From: Tetramitus jugosus
Lineage: Eukaryota > Protista > Heterolobosea
Direction: 5' to 3'
DNA length: 64,000 bases
Assembly (NCBI GenBank): GCA_937625935.1
Contig: OW569357.1
Location: 62,001-126,000 of the forward strand
The translations under genes were made by a program, and so were the position numbers. The notes beneath the pieces were generated by a model. That model saw only the letters and a list, made by a program, of their open reading frames with translations, was not told where the DNA came from and made no database searches. Below, one piece after another: positions 54,601-64,000 of the stretch. Numbering within the stretch: the first letter of the stretch is position 1; every line of letters starts with the position of its first letter.

Positions 54601-55194
54601 CAAGAGCAGACCAAGGTCGTTCTTCCCTCGAAGAAGAAAGTGTTCATTAGAAGCGGTCGAAGCACAACGAATGTGGGAGGCCCTATTATTAATCGTGCAG
54701 CACCATCACCTAGTGTAATAGTTGCCAAGGCACAACCACTGCAGCCAGAGAACGTGGTAGAGAAGGAAGTCCAAAACAAAGAGGAGCTAGAGAAGCAAGC
54801 ACGACAAGCGAGGGAGCTTGAGGAGTTGCAACAAAAGCAAAAAGAGGAAGAAGAAGCAGAAAAACATCGGGTTGAACAAGAAGAACGGGAGAGAATACAA
54901 CGAGAGGAGCAAATGGAAAAGGAGCGCAAAGAACGTGAAGAAGCTGCGCGAATAGAACAACAAAAACAAAAGGAGCAACAAGAACAGTTGAAACGACAAC
55001 AAGAAGAACAGCTGAAGCTCAAACAACAAAATGATGAGAATCTTCGATCCAAACAAGGTCTGGACAAAACGAGAAGCGTCAGTGTTGTGAAGCGAACGGG
55101 ATCTATTATTGTCAGGAGGAATACTGCTGCTCCAACTGTTCAGTCTGCACGCCAAGCTCAATCTGCCAACAAGGACGACCCCACCAATCACTAG
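51623..55194 (+). CDS. Dbl-family RhoGEF (DH-PH) with IQ motif, acidic/Pro-rich linker and charged coiled-coil tail; ~1,102 aa, 3 exons
   Basis: RNHILSLILDTEKNY (DH start). Introns 51891-52001 (GTTTGT...CAG) and 52166-52317 (GTGCGT...TAG) keep the frame. LNGYLIQPIHRIPNY..MLEALL..T; PH RVLVREG...YLFSDMFL...WVEEI; IQ-like FVQAALRGFKQRK. Confidence 0.88.
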
Positions 55195-55240
55195 TTCAAT
55201 TTTGTTCGATATTTGTAATTATAAAGTAATAAGATTTATC

Positions 55241-56164
55241 TTAAGCAATCAACAGAGGATTCCAACATATTCTTCTGTTGCAATACAATTCATCAATAAC
55301 CTCCACTTCTTGTTGTGACAGGACAGGTGCGTCAAGTGCCTCAATGTTCGATTTCAAATGACCCAGATTTGTCGATTTTGGAATGACACACTTGCCATGA
55401 TGCAGCGCCCACTGAAGAATCTTTTGTGACAAGATTGTCTTGTCTGAAACATTCAAACCATCACATAAGTGCTTGTAGTGAGGCAATTCATCCGAAAACA
55501 ATTCTCCTTGCACAAGAGGTGAATACGCTTGCATAGCAATCTTATTCTCACGGCAGATGCGTTCCACTTCCAAATATTGTTCACATTTCCATACCAATGG
55601 ATGATACTCGATTGAATTGAGCATGGGAACAACGGACACTTGACTCAAAAACTCTGGAGACAAATGATTAGGCATAAAATTACTCACACCAATGGCCTTG
55701 ACTCTCTTGTCCCTGTACAGCTTTTCCAGAGCGAGCCACGTTTGCAACCTCAGTTCTGCATTCTTCTCCGATTTCACATCCACCTTGGAAGTTCCTGGCC
55801 AATGAATCAAATAGAGATCAATGCAATCCGTTCCCAAATCCCTACAGCTCTGTTCAAAGCACTGAATCACAGAGTCGAAGCTTTGAGTCTTTGTTGGAGG
55901 CACCTTGGACGTTAGGAAACAAGAGTTGATGGGCATTGGCGCAATTTCCTTTGATATCTCTGCTAGTTCTGCACCAATAAAGCGCTCATTCCTATAAATA
56001 CTGGCAGTGTCAATGTGCTTGTAGCCGAATTGGAGTAAACTGGCACGAACTGTGCGTCTCACTTCAGTTTCATCCTCCATTTGCCAAGTTCCCAGACCGA
56101 TCGATGGAATGGTCATTCCATTGTACAACTCAAACGAGCGAGCATAGTGTTGTTGATCAGACAT
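55241..56164 (-). CDS. Aldo-keto reductase
   Basis: IPSIGLGTW, GYKHIDTASIYRNE (catalytic D/Y), FLTSK, DLYLIHWP, AIGVSNF, AYSPL, VIPKS. Confidence 0.95.
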   Translation of the reverse strand: MSDQQHYARSFELYNGMTIPSIGLGTWQMEDETEVRRTVRASLLQFGYKHIDTASIYRNERFIGAELAEISKEIAPMPINSCFLTSKVPPTKTQSFDSVIQCFEQSCRDLGTDCIDLYLIHWPGTSKVDVKSEKNAELRLQTWLALEKLYRDKRVKAIGVSNFMPNHLSPEFLSQVSVVPMLNSIEYHPLVWKCEQYLEVERICRENKIAMQAYSPLVQGELFSDELPHYKHLCDGLNVSDKTILSQKILQWALHHGKCVIPKSTNLGHLKSNIEALDAPVLSQQEVEVIDELYCNRRICWNPLLIA

Positions 56165-56320
56165 CTTGATTCTTCTTGTTCTTATTCTTTTGAGTCAGTC
56201 CGATCCCAACAATGAAAAATATTGAAATTGTAACAAGATCTGAACAGGCGGAGTCGGTCAAATCCAAATCGAGGCTTCAACCAAATCGAGGAACACGTAA
56301 AAGACAAAACAGAAAGAAGA

Positions 56321-57265
56321 ATGGAAAAAGAAGAAGTGAAACGAAGCTCTCGGCACATGGTGAATGTTCCATGCCTGATATACACCATTCTGAAATGGTT
56401 CTTCCTTTTTCTTTGCTTATTCATTGTAACAGTTGTTACTCTGCTTATTTTTGCCTCTTCTGTTCCAATGGAGAAGGATATCAATGACGATACTGCCGGA
56501 AAAGCTGTAAGCAGCTTGTTCATATCAATCGCACGATCAAACTATACAAGTATTGGATCCGAGAGCTCATTTGCTCAATTTTTGTCCTCTTTTGCTGTTT
56601 CATTGAAGAAAAGGATTGTTTCGAGCTTATCGTTCTTGTTGTTGTTGTTGGACAACCATGAGCAACAGTTTGATATCACCCAATGGAGAAGGTTGACGCA
56701 TCATATCATTACTCGGATCAAGGAAGGATTTCGGAGAATTTATCAAGGGCGAGAAATTGTAAAGGTGGATTTGATTTTTAGAAAATTGCCCAATACACTG
56801 GATCGGAGTCATGTGTTCAGTGATATGAGAAGAGTGATGATGAACGATGGAAGTGTTGATTTGAAGGATATTGATACTTCCAACGAGCGCAGTGAAGATG
56901 ATGACAAGACAGATAACAAACCGTCGCCAAGTTCTTCTTTGGTAGTTGTCTCTTATGTGTCATCTAGGTTAAAACCAGAGATTAGAGCCGTACCATTCGA
57001 TCAGTATCTCGAAAAATATGATCGTGTGTTGATTGTATTAGCTACGCTAGCTTCTCAATGCTCTGATCAACATATCGAACAATATTTAGGAGATTTAGAG
57101 CAGATTAATGAGGAGATACGGAAACAGACAAATGGACTCGTGAGAGTCATGATTCTCGCATGGAATGACGATAATGCAGAGAGTGTTCTGCTGCAATGTG
57201 ATTGGACAGAGAAACTTACTAGGACTTCGACAAACTTTTTGAGAGACATCACGATGACAAACTGA
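56321..57265 (+). CDS. Uncharacterised membrane protein with C-terminal alpha/beta domain
   Basis: 314-aa ORF with a strong N-terminal TM (WFFLFLCLFIVTVVTLLIFA). No family motif recognised and the start is uncertain. Confidence 0.5.
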   Translation: MEKEEVKRSSRHMVNVPCLIYTILKWFFLFLCLFIVTVVTLLIFASSVPMEKDINDDTAGKAVSSLFISIARSNYTSIGSESSFAQFLSSFAVSLKKRIVSSLSFLLLLLDNHEQQFDITQWRRLTHHIITRIKEGFRRIYQGREIVKVDLIFRKLPNTLDRSHVFSDMRRVMMNDGSVDLKDIDTSNERSEDDDKTDNKPSPSSSLVVVSYVSSRLKPEIRAVPFDQYLEKYDRVLIVLATLASQCSDQHIEQYLGDLEQINEEIRKQTNGLVRVMILAWNDDNAESVLLQCDWTEKLTRTSTNFLRDITMTN

Positions 57266-57319
57266 AGCTTTGCTCAAGCATTGTTGTTAAACAAGACATG
57301 GTTTATGTTACAAGGTAAA

Positions 57320-60266
57320 TTAAGGAGTAAAATGGCGCGTGTTGTGCATCTCGATCTTTTCTTGCGTTGGTAGTTGGATGCGATGAGATGACGTGATGCC
57401 CATGCTTGCATCAAGTGTTTCTCGTTGCTGTTGCTTCATGACCTCAACCAAGTACTCGATTATCGCAATGTCACATCGTTTTACGATCCCTAAGCCATTC
57501 AGAATCGTCTTGCTGTGATCAGTGATTCTCTCCAAATCATACATGGCAAGAGAAGAGGTTTGCATTGCAACATATTCCCGTTGTTGGGCCAGAGTTGGGA
57601 TTTTCAGGTTGGAAGGGTGATGTGATTGATGTGCATCTCTTCTTCTCCTTCTCCTTCTTCTATTGCGCGAATTTGGACGCAGCAAGTGTGTCCAGTGGTG
57701 TGCCAGACTGCCGAGTGTCGAACTGTTGTGCTCATACTTTGAAACATTGACAACTCTAGGGATATGGGGGAAGAAGTAAGATCGAATTGCTCCAATGCTA
57801 TCCAGATGGTAGAAGAGAGCAGCCTTATTGCCCCACTCCAAGAACTGAGAATGCACATAGCTCACAAATGTTTGTTCATCGGGCCAGCGCTTATCGAGTG
57901 AACAAATCCTGTCTAACAACTCACCACGATAACAAGGACCTACAAATTTGTGTTCTTCAATATCCAACCTGCATGCAAATGCCTCAACTGATTTACTCAG
58001 TGTTACCTTCTTGGATATACCAGCAAGCTTTATCTTTGAGGTAAGCTCCAGTGTAGTGATAGGGGTTGTTCTCCATGGTATGACGCTTGAGGTATCATGA
58101 GGCTGGAGACCAGGGATAAATAAACGTAGAGTGCTCACAAAATTTCGAACAAGAAGTTCATTCTGATCAATTCCACAAACTGGCATGCACAATAGTGATG
58201 TTAGTGGATCGCAAGCACAAACACAAACTATACAAAATAAAGAAGCACATACTTAGTACGGGTACACCTGTGAGAACAGAGTAGATGACATCTTTCGCAA
58301 ATGAATATGCCTGAATTAACTGAAGAGCAAATGTTCCAGATGTGGGCGCTCGTATCATCTCTGTTAACAAGCTTCTACCAGAGGTTCGCATGACTGCGAG
58401 TCCTGTACTGTTCCGATTCACCTTTGGGTTCAATGTGTGAATGGCACCTTGGTTTGAAGTGGGAAAGACATTGGACAAATATGATCCCTGACCTCTATAG
58501 TTGAGCAAAAGAGATGATTGCTGTGTCAGATTAGACATTATACTCGAACTACTCTGGTCACTTTCGAAACTCTGTGAACTAGACTTGTGCGGCAGCGACG
58601 ATCGAGGAGTAAAATACATGGGAGAGTTGGTGAAACCCCAATCATTGTCACTCGCAGGAGTGCCCAATTCTTCAGAATTCCAATCCATGGAGTAAACAGG
58701 TGGAGATGCCCTAAAGTGAGATCCAGAGGAAAAACCACTCAGTTGTGACTCGGCTGAGCGTCTAACGTTACTCGGCGACGAACGAGCAAGCGACGAGTGC
58801 TTCGATTGACCTGATGATAGACTAACAGATTTTGTAGGTGAATCAACCTCATTCTGCAGTGAAATATCAAGGATAAACATGCCACCAATATATAAATTAT
58901 CTTCTCTGATCCTATCTGAGCGATAATTTAAATCATCGAGCTCACGATTGATGAGATGAAATGGACGAGAGAAGTGAGCCAGGCAGTGCTGAGATAAATT
59001 TACAATGGCTTCATACAGTGGCTCAACAATCTCTGGAAACGTTCGCAACTTTTTATCAAAGCCAGACTTTTTATGAATGTGCTTCAAAACGATTGGAATA
59101 TACTGAGATAGCAAGGGCGTACTTTCACCAAGTCCTCTCTCGAACAAGTGGACAAAATCCCTGGGCAGCGGCAATGGATCATTCGAAAACGTATTCACAA
59201 ACACTTGTTCGACCAATTCTTCGTCAATTGCGAAATCAGGATCAACCAAGTTTCGTACACGCACAGCGCCACTGTCATCTGCGGCGTTTATTACATTCGT
59301 CGTCGTTGATAATTCTTCTCTTTCCAAAAATACAGCATCATTCTCATTCACATTCTCACGAACAATCACATTATTATCACTACTCGTATAGTGGTTGTTC
59401 TCGTCATTATTATTACTATTTCTCGACACTGCAATATCATTCACTAACAAACTACTTCCATCGTCGTGCCTCACTTGTACTACATCAGTATTCTCTGTTT
59501 GTTGCTGTTCCTGTTGTTGTAGTTGAATATTGACCAAAAATCGATTTTTGAACACTTCGAGCTCCTTTACCACAAAATCAAACTGTTCACTCGGCACATC
59601 AGGGAATCCACTATTCTGCAGTGAAGCATCAATCAAATGTGCTTCAATATCCGTCAAAAATATACAATTGTTTCCATACTTCATCAAATTGGACAATTGT
59701 GTAAACGTGTGCATCAATTGTTCAAAATTTTGCATAATTTTCAACTCTTCCTGCGTCACATAACAAAGACACAATGGTCTCACATAACCTCTCGCTTCCA
59801 CATCATGCAATGTCAAATGATGAACATAGGCATGAGCTCTCTGAACACCATCACTCAAGTAGACCATTGTATCATCGGGATTGATCCAACCAGAGTGACA
59901 CCCACCTGGATCCACCTTTCTCGTATGATCACTCGACAAAATTCTTCTCACAAAACTGTCAAAATCAAAATGATGACCACTATTGGATGATGACGATGAT
60001 GACGAAGAAGATGTCATTGACATGTTGTGAGAATGATCATAATGTTGAGTGGCTGATGTGGGAGTAGTCGTAGTAGTCGTAGTGGTGGGTGTTGTCGGAG
60101 AATTTTCAGAGTGAAGGTGTGCGGAGCGGTTGAAGGGAATGGTGAGTAGGGTGACTGGACCTCTCTGTTCACAAAACTCTGCCAACAAGATGAAATCTGA
60201 AAATGAAGATTGTTGATGTTGGTGATGATGACGAGGGAGATGAGAGGCAGGTATGGGCAGCTTCAT
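57320..60266 (-). CDS. SMCR8: SMCR8-like longin/DENN protein, 957 aa, 2 exons
   Basis: DFILLAEFCEQRGP, FVRRILSSD, AYVHHLTLHDVEARGYVRPLCLCYVT...KIM...LMKYGN. Intron 58180-58252 (GTATGT...ACTAAC...CAG) gives IYSVLTGVPVLI|CG...VRNFVSTLRLFIPG. Confidence 0.85.
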
Positions 60267-60613
60267 CGTTGCTTTTTTTTGTTGGTTGTTTGGTTGGTTG
60301 GTTGTTTGTTGGGTGTTGATGAATGATGGAATTCAAATGATGGATGTTGTTTGTTGGTGGATGAGTGTTTACTATTGTAGCTTATGCTGGAAACACCCAA
60401 TATTCTTTTTTTTTTCCCGAATGGAAACCGCGCACTTTGCCGCTCTGGTTCCACTTACGGTCTTTGAGCTTGCCTTCGGGAATTCCTGTATGTAGTGGAC
60501 CACTAAAAATCAGCACAACACAAGTGAACAGATTTCAAAGAAAAAAAGCAGAGAGAAAACATGTGAAATTCAAACATGTGTTGTTGTGATGTAAAATGAC
60601 ATCATCACCACCA

Positions 60614-61366
60614 TTACAGCCATTCCGGTTTATACAATTGAGGAATATTGACCAACTCGGTATCAAACAACTCAATAAACTGTTCATTGACCACTCGTAC
60701 CTTGCTACCAGCATATCTCCTATACTCTTCCAAAATCGAAGTCAAATTCCAATTCTCCAACTTTCTCAAACAACCAACAACAGTACCTGTTCTGTGTCTA
60801 CCCAGATTACACATGACCATCAACGGATAATTTCTCTTGTCCAAGATGAGTTCCAACGCAGCCAACACAATTTCTTCACTCAGCGTAGTAGAGATGGATC
60901 CTGTTTGTTGTCTCAAATGATAGAATGCAATCTGTTCATTGTCCATTAAGAAATTTTGCAATGGTTCACCTGGGGCTGTCGGTGCCAAATAAATGACTGT
61001 TTTTAAATGAAGTGTGTTGAGGTGAGAAAAGTTGAGTGCAGAGGGTTCACCTCCACGGTACAAGTGAGGTTGAACGTAACCAAAGTTGGGGCACGGGATC
61101 AGTTTGGATGAATTGTAGAGTGAGGTTTTTGGGATGGGTGTGGTGGGAGGCAGAATGTGCTCCAATATGAACGGAGAGGATGTGCTACTGTTGCTATGGT
61201 TGTTTTTGGTGATGCCATTCTCTGTTAAAGGTAAAAATAGGTTGTTATGGTGGTGGTGATTGCTATTGTTGTTGATATCGAGAGGAGTGGTAGGCGTTGT
61301 AGGTGTGGTTGGTGTCGTAGGACTGCTGTTGCTATTATTGTTGTTGTTCATGATTATTGTTTCCAT
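60614..61366 (-). CDS. OCA1: Atypical dual-specificity phosphatase, PFA-DSP (OCA1/Siw14) family
   Basis: PCPNFGYVQPHLYRGGEP..LNFSHL..LHLKTVIYL, P-loop CNLGRHRTG, VGCLRKL.NWNLTSILEEYRRYAG.K...NEQFIELFD. First ATG at 61366. Confidence 0.88.
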   Translation of the reverse strand: METIIMNNNNNSNSSPTTPTTPTTPTTPLDINNNSNHHHHNNLFLPLTENGITKNNHSNSSTSSPFILEHILPPTTPIPKTSLYNSSKLIPCPNFGYVQPHLYRGGEPSALNFSHLNTLHLKTVIYLAPTAPGEPLQNFLMDNEQIAFYHLRQQTGSISTTLSEEIVLAALELILDKRNYPLMVMCNLGRHRTGTVVGCLRKLENWNLTSILEEYRRYAGSKVRVVNEQFIELFDTELVNIPQLYKPEWL

Positions 61367-61704
61367 TTTTTTTCTTTGTTTTCTGTTTTCTCTCAACTAG
61401 CAGATGATGAGTTATTTGATTCCTGAGCGGAAAAACCAAAAATGTGATGCATTTATCGTGAGGTATGGATCACTTCATTCCTCATAGGCTCGAACTGCTG
61501 CACATTCTCACCTCTGATAGTTGTTATGGTCCTTTTGACGGAGTTTCAAGCTTGAGTTCCAATTCGTTTTCGAACGAAATTGGCGCGATTTTTGATTCCA
61601 ACAAAAAAGTCAAAACACATTTTTGTGATCACAAAACGAAAAGTGGCAAAAACAACGGTAAACAACAAAATTCATCAACAACAAACACGCGATCATAATA
61701 CACC

Positions 61705-64000
61705 ATGATCAACAACAACAACAACAACAATGACACCAACAACAAAGAAACAAACAATGTTGTTGATGATCCTCAACAACAGCAACAGCAGCAACAACAA
61801 TCACTGTCTTTATTGACACCAAAGAGAAGTGGTGGTAACAACACCACTGGTGGTTCACCACCTTCCACAAGCAAACACGCTGTATCATCATCATCATCAC
61901 CGCCATCGTTACTGGATCACACTCATCATCATTCACCACCACATCAATTGATTTCACCCAAAACGAATCGAATCATTTCTCATGTCGATGAATTTGAAGA
62001 GACTCAATTGGCTCATAGCTTAAAACTTTCGCATCATCATCATCATCAACCATCATTGGCATCACACAACAATGATGCTTCCTCATCAAGCACACAACAA
62101 CAACAACAACAACCGCCATCACATTTGTTATCTCCTAGTCATCATCATCATCACCACCACCATACACATCATCATCATAGTGTGTTTGGTCTGCACACAA
62201 AAGAAATTCCAAAATCGCCAAAATCACCCAAATCACCACACACTGCTTATACACCTCGCTTGTCATCATCACCATCATCAACAACAGCGACAACCAATAC
62301 TAACAACAACAACAATAGTCCTGTTGTTGTTGCAAGTGCATCGAATCAACAATTACCCAATCATTCTCTATCCACTTTACCATCATCCATAAGCAGTAAT
62401 CACATTAACAACAATAGCAATAGTGGTAGTAGTAGTGACAGTAGTGCAACAACATCATCATCAGATACATATCACACGTACACGCACAGAAATGAATGGC
62501 ACACACCAGCACGTAAAAAACTAAAGTTTACCATTGGGATCAATGAAGAATCATCTTCATCAATCATTGATCAAAACAACAGCAACAACATGAACAATAT
62601 CAATACTCATCATTCATTGATGATGGCAATGACAGATGAAGTCATCAATAACACTCCCTCTGACACTACAAGTATTACTCCTATTATTAGTTCAATGAGT
62701 ATGACGAGTCACGATGATGATGATGATGATGGTGCAAAGAATGTATTTGGATCTTCTACTACTATAAGTACCCCTACTGTCAGTGCTTGCAATGCAGCAG
62801 TTGCGCAAGTGTCCACTACTGTGACTACCTCTATTAGTGATGATGATGGTGATGAATGCTCCTTGTCAAGTGAAATGGTGGATGAAAATAATACAATTGT
62901 AACATCAACAACACCATCAACATCAACAAAAGCACCACCATCATCATCATCAATCGGTTCACTATCCTCTCAAATTCCAAAGTTTTATTTTCCAAAAGCT
63001 ACGTTGAACAAATCGGCGGCGGCGATCGCGACAGAGCAGCCATCACTGCTCAGCATTCCACAGAGTAGTCATGCCGAATCGAGAGCATTGTTGCGTAACG
63101 TGCGCCGAATATTTGCAGAGTTTGGAGATGAGTTGACAAGTGAGTCTTTTGAAGAAGTGTGTCAAGCAATGCAAGTACCAGATTTGTATTCACTTGTTTT
63201 CTTTAGGAATGATGAGAACAAAACATTGAGTTGGCGTCAATTCGAACCGTATGTGTTGTCATTATTTATGTTTCATGTGTTGTGTTCTGCTTTGCTTTGC
63301 TTGTAGTGTGTATTGTGTTTGTGCATGTCTCACACTTGTACAATGATTCTTTTGTTTGTTCAACGATAGATTTTTCAATCAGTACTTGCTTCTGAACTCT
63401 CCCATGACAAGGTTGTTTCACATGCTTCGAAATCCGCTCTTTAATCCGAGTGCAGCGAATCGCAATTATTTGACACCATTGGACTTTGAGCCATTGTTGA
63501 CCTATTTGTTGGACATGCATGAAGGATTGTCCTTTTTGCAAGCCACATCCACATTTCAAAACATGTATAGTCAAACAGTGATTTTGCGCATCTTCTTTGC
63601 TTGTACAGGTCATTTGATACGGTGTAACATGACTGAGCGGTTAGACAATGATTCAACAGCGGCATCATTGGCAACATCAAAAACACAAATGATTATGCAT
63701 CATCGTGAGTTTGTGAATCGAAAGATTGGTCAAGTACTATTGTCTATACCGGACTGTGATAATTTCCCCAATGGAGAAACACACTTCTTCTCCTATGAAC
63801 AATTTTATGTCATTTATGTGCATTTTTGGGAATTGGACAGTCAGCACACGTTTCAAATCAAGTTGAATCAAATGGGATTCACAGATTACTGTATGCAGCG
63901 AATTAAGGCCGAATTGGCACCGAACAGCCGAACAAGTGACTCTTCATCGCCTGGTGAGTTAATTATTGATTACAATAATTTTGTACAATTATTTTTATCG
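61705..64000 (+). CDS. PP2A regulatory subunit B'' (PR72 family) with long low-complexity N-terminus; truncated by the window end
   Basis: IPKFYFP. After intron 63249-63369 (GTATGT...TAG), manual translation gives YLTPLDFEPLL..LLDMHEGLSFLQ.T..FQNMYSQTVILRIFF and FFSYEQFYVIYVHFWELD. The frame stays open to 64000. Confidence 0.85.

Noticed and set aside
54117-55191. Long antisense ORFs over the RhoGEF tail, and the many other nested or antisense ORFs in the track
   Set aside because: Shadow frames of biased or low-complexity coding sequence with no independent motifs.
43360-56164. Xylose pathway cluster (xylulokinase + aldo-keto reductase)
   Set aside because: The genes are 10 kb and six genes apart, there is no xylitol dehydrogenase, and the AKR specificity is unknown.
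1-64000. tRNA, rRNA, CRISPR arrays, selenoprotein/SECIS or non-standard genetic code
   Set aside because: No cloverleaf, rRNA or repeat-spacer pattern was found by eye. Conserved proteins translate fully with the standard code once introns are removed.

Overview
Very compact eukaryotic nuclear DNA (roughly 40% GC, standard code). It holds about 30 protein-coding genes, intergenic gaps mostly under 500 nt, and ten short inferred GT-AG introns (70-152 nt; seven with a GTATGT donor). Gene density, intron style and gene content (secreted RCC1-repeat protein, CHASE4-HAMP-PAS sensor, TALE homeobox, SppA) suggest a free-living protist, plausibly a heterolobosean/discoban; this placement is inference only. 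Recognisable housekeeping genes include C2CD5, an HSDL2-like SDR, RPC6, RPS23, MRT4, two HIBCH-like proteins, ODR4, kanadaptin, xylulokinase, a DH-PH RhoGEF, an AKR, SMCR8, OCA1 and a PP2A B'' subunit. The stand-out is a ~3,420-aa type II membrane-anchored adhesin-like protein: ~30 bacterial-style Ig/cadherin-like repeats, a vWA domain with an altered MIDAS and a distal lectin-like domain. Other notable items are a homolog of the supposedly plant-type MAP70 family, a CHASE4-HAMP-PAS receptor with no output domain, a stand-alone 2H phosphoesterase, a CYP-CYP-ABCB cluster with gene-conversion tracts, an ATGA stop/start overlap between a homeobox gene and xylulokinase, and a hairpin-rich intergenic segment upstream of RPS23. 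No tRNA, rRNA, CRISPR array or mobile element could be supported. All family calls come from motif recognition by eye; no database searches were run.
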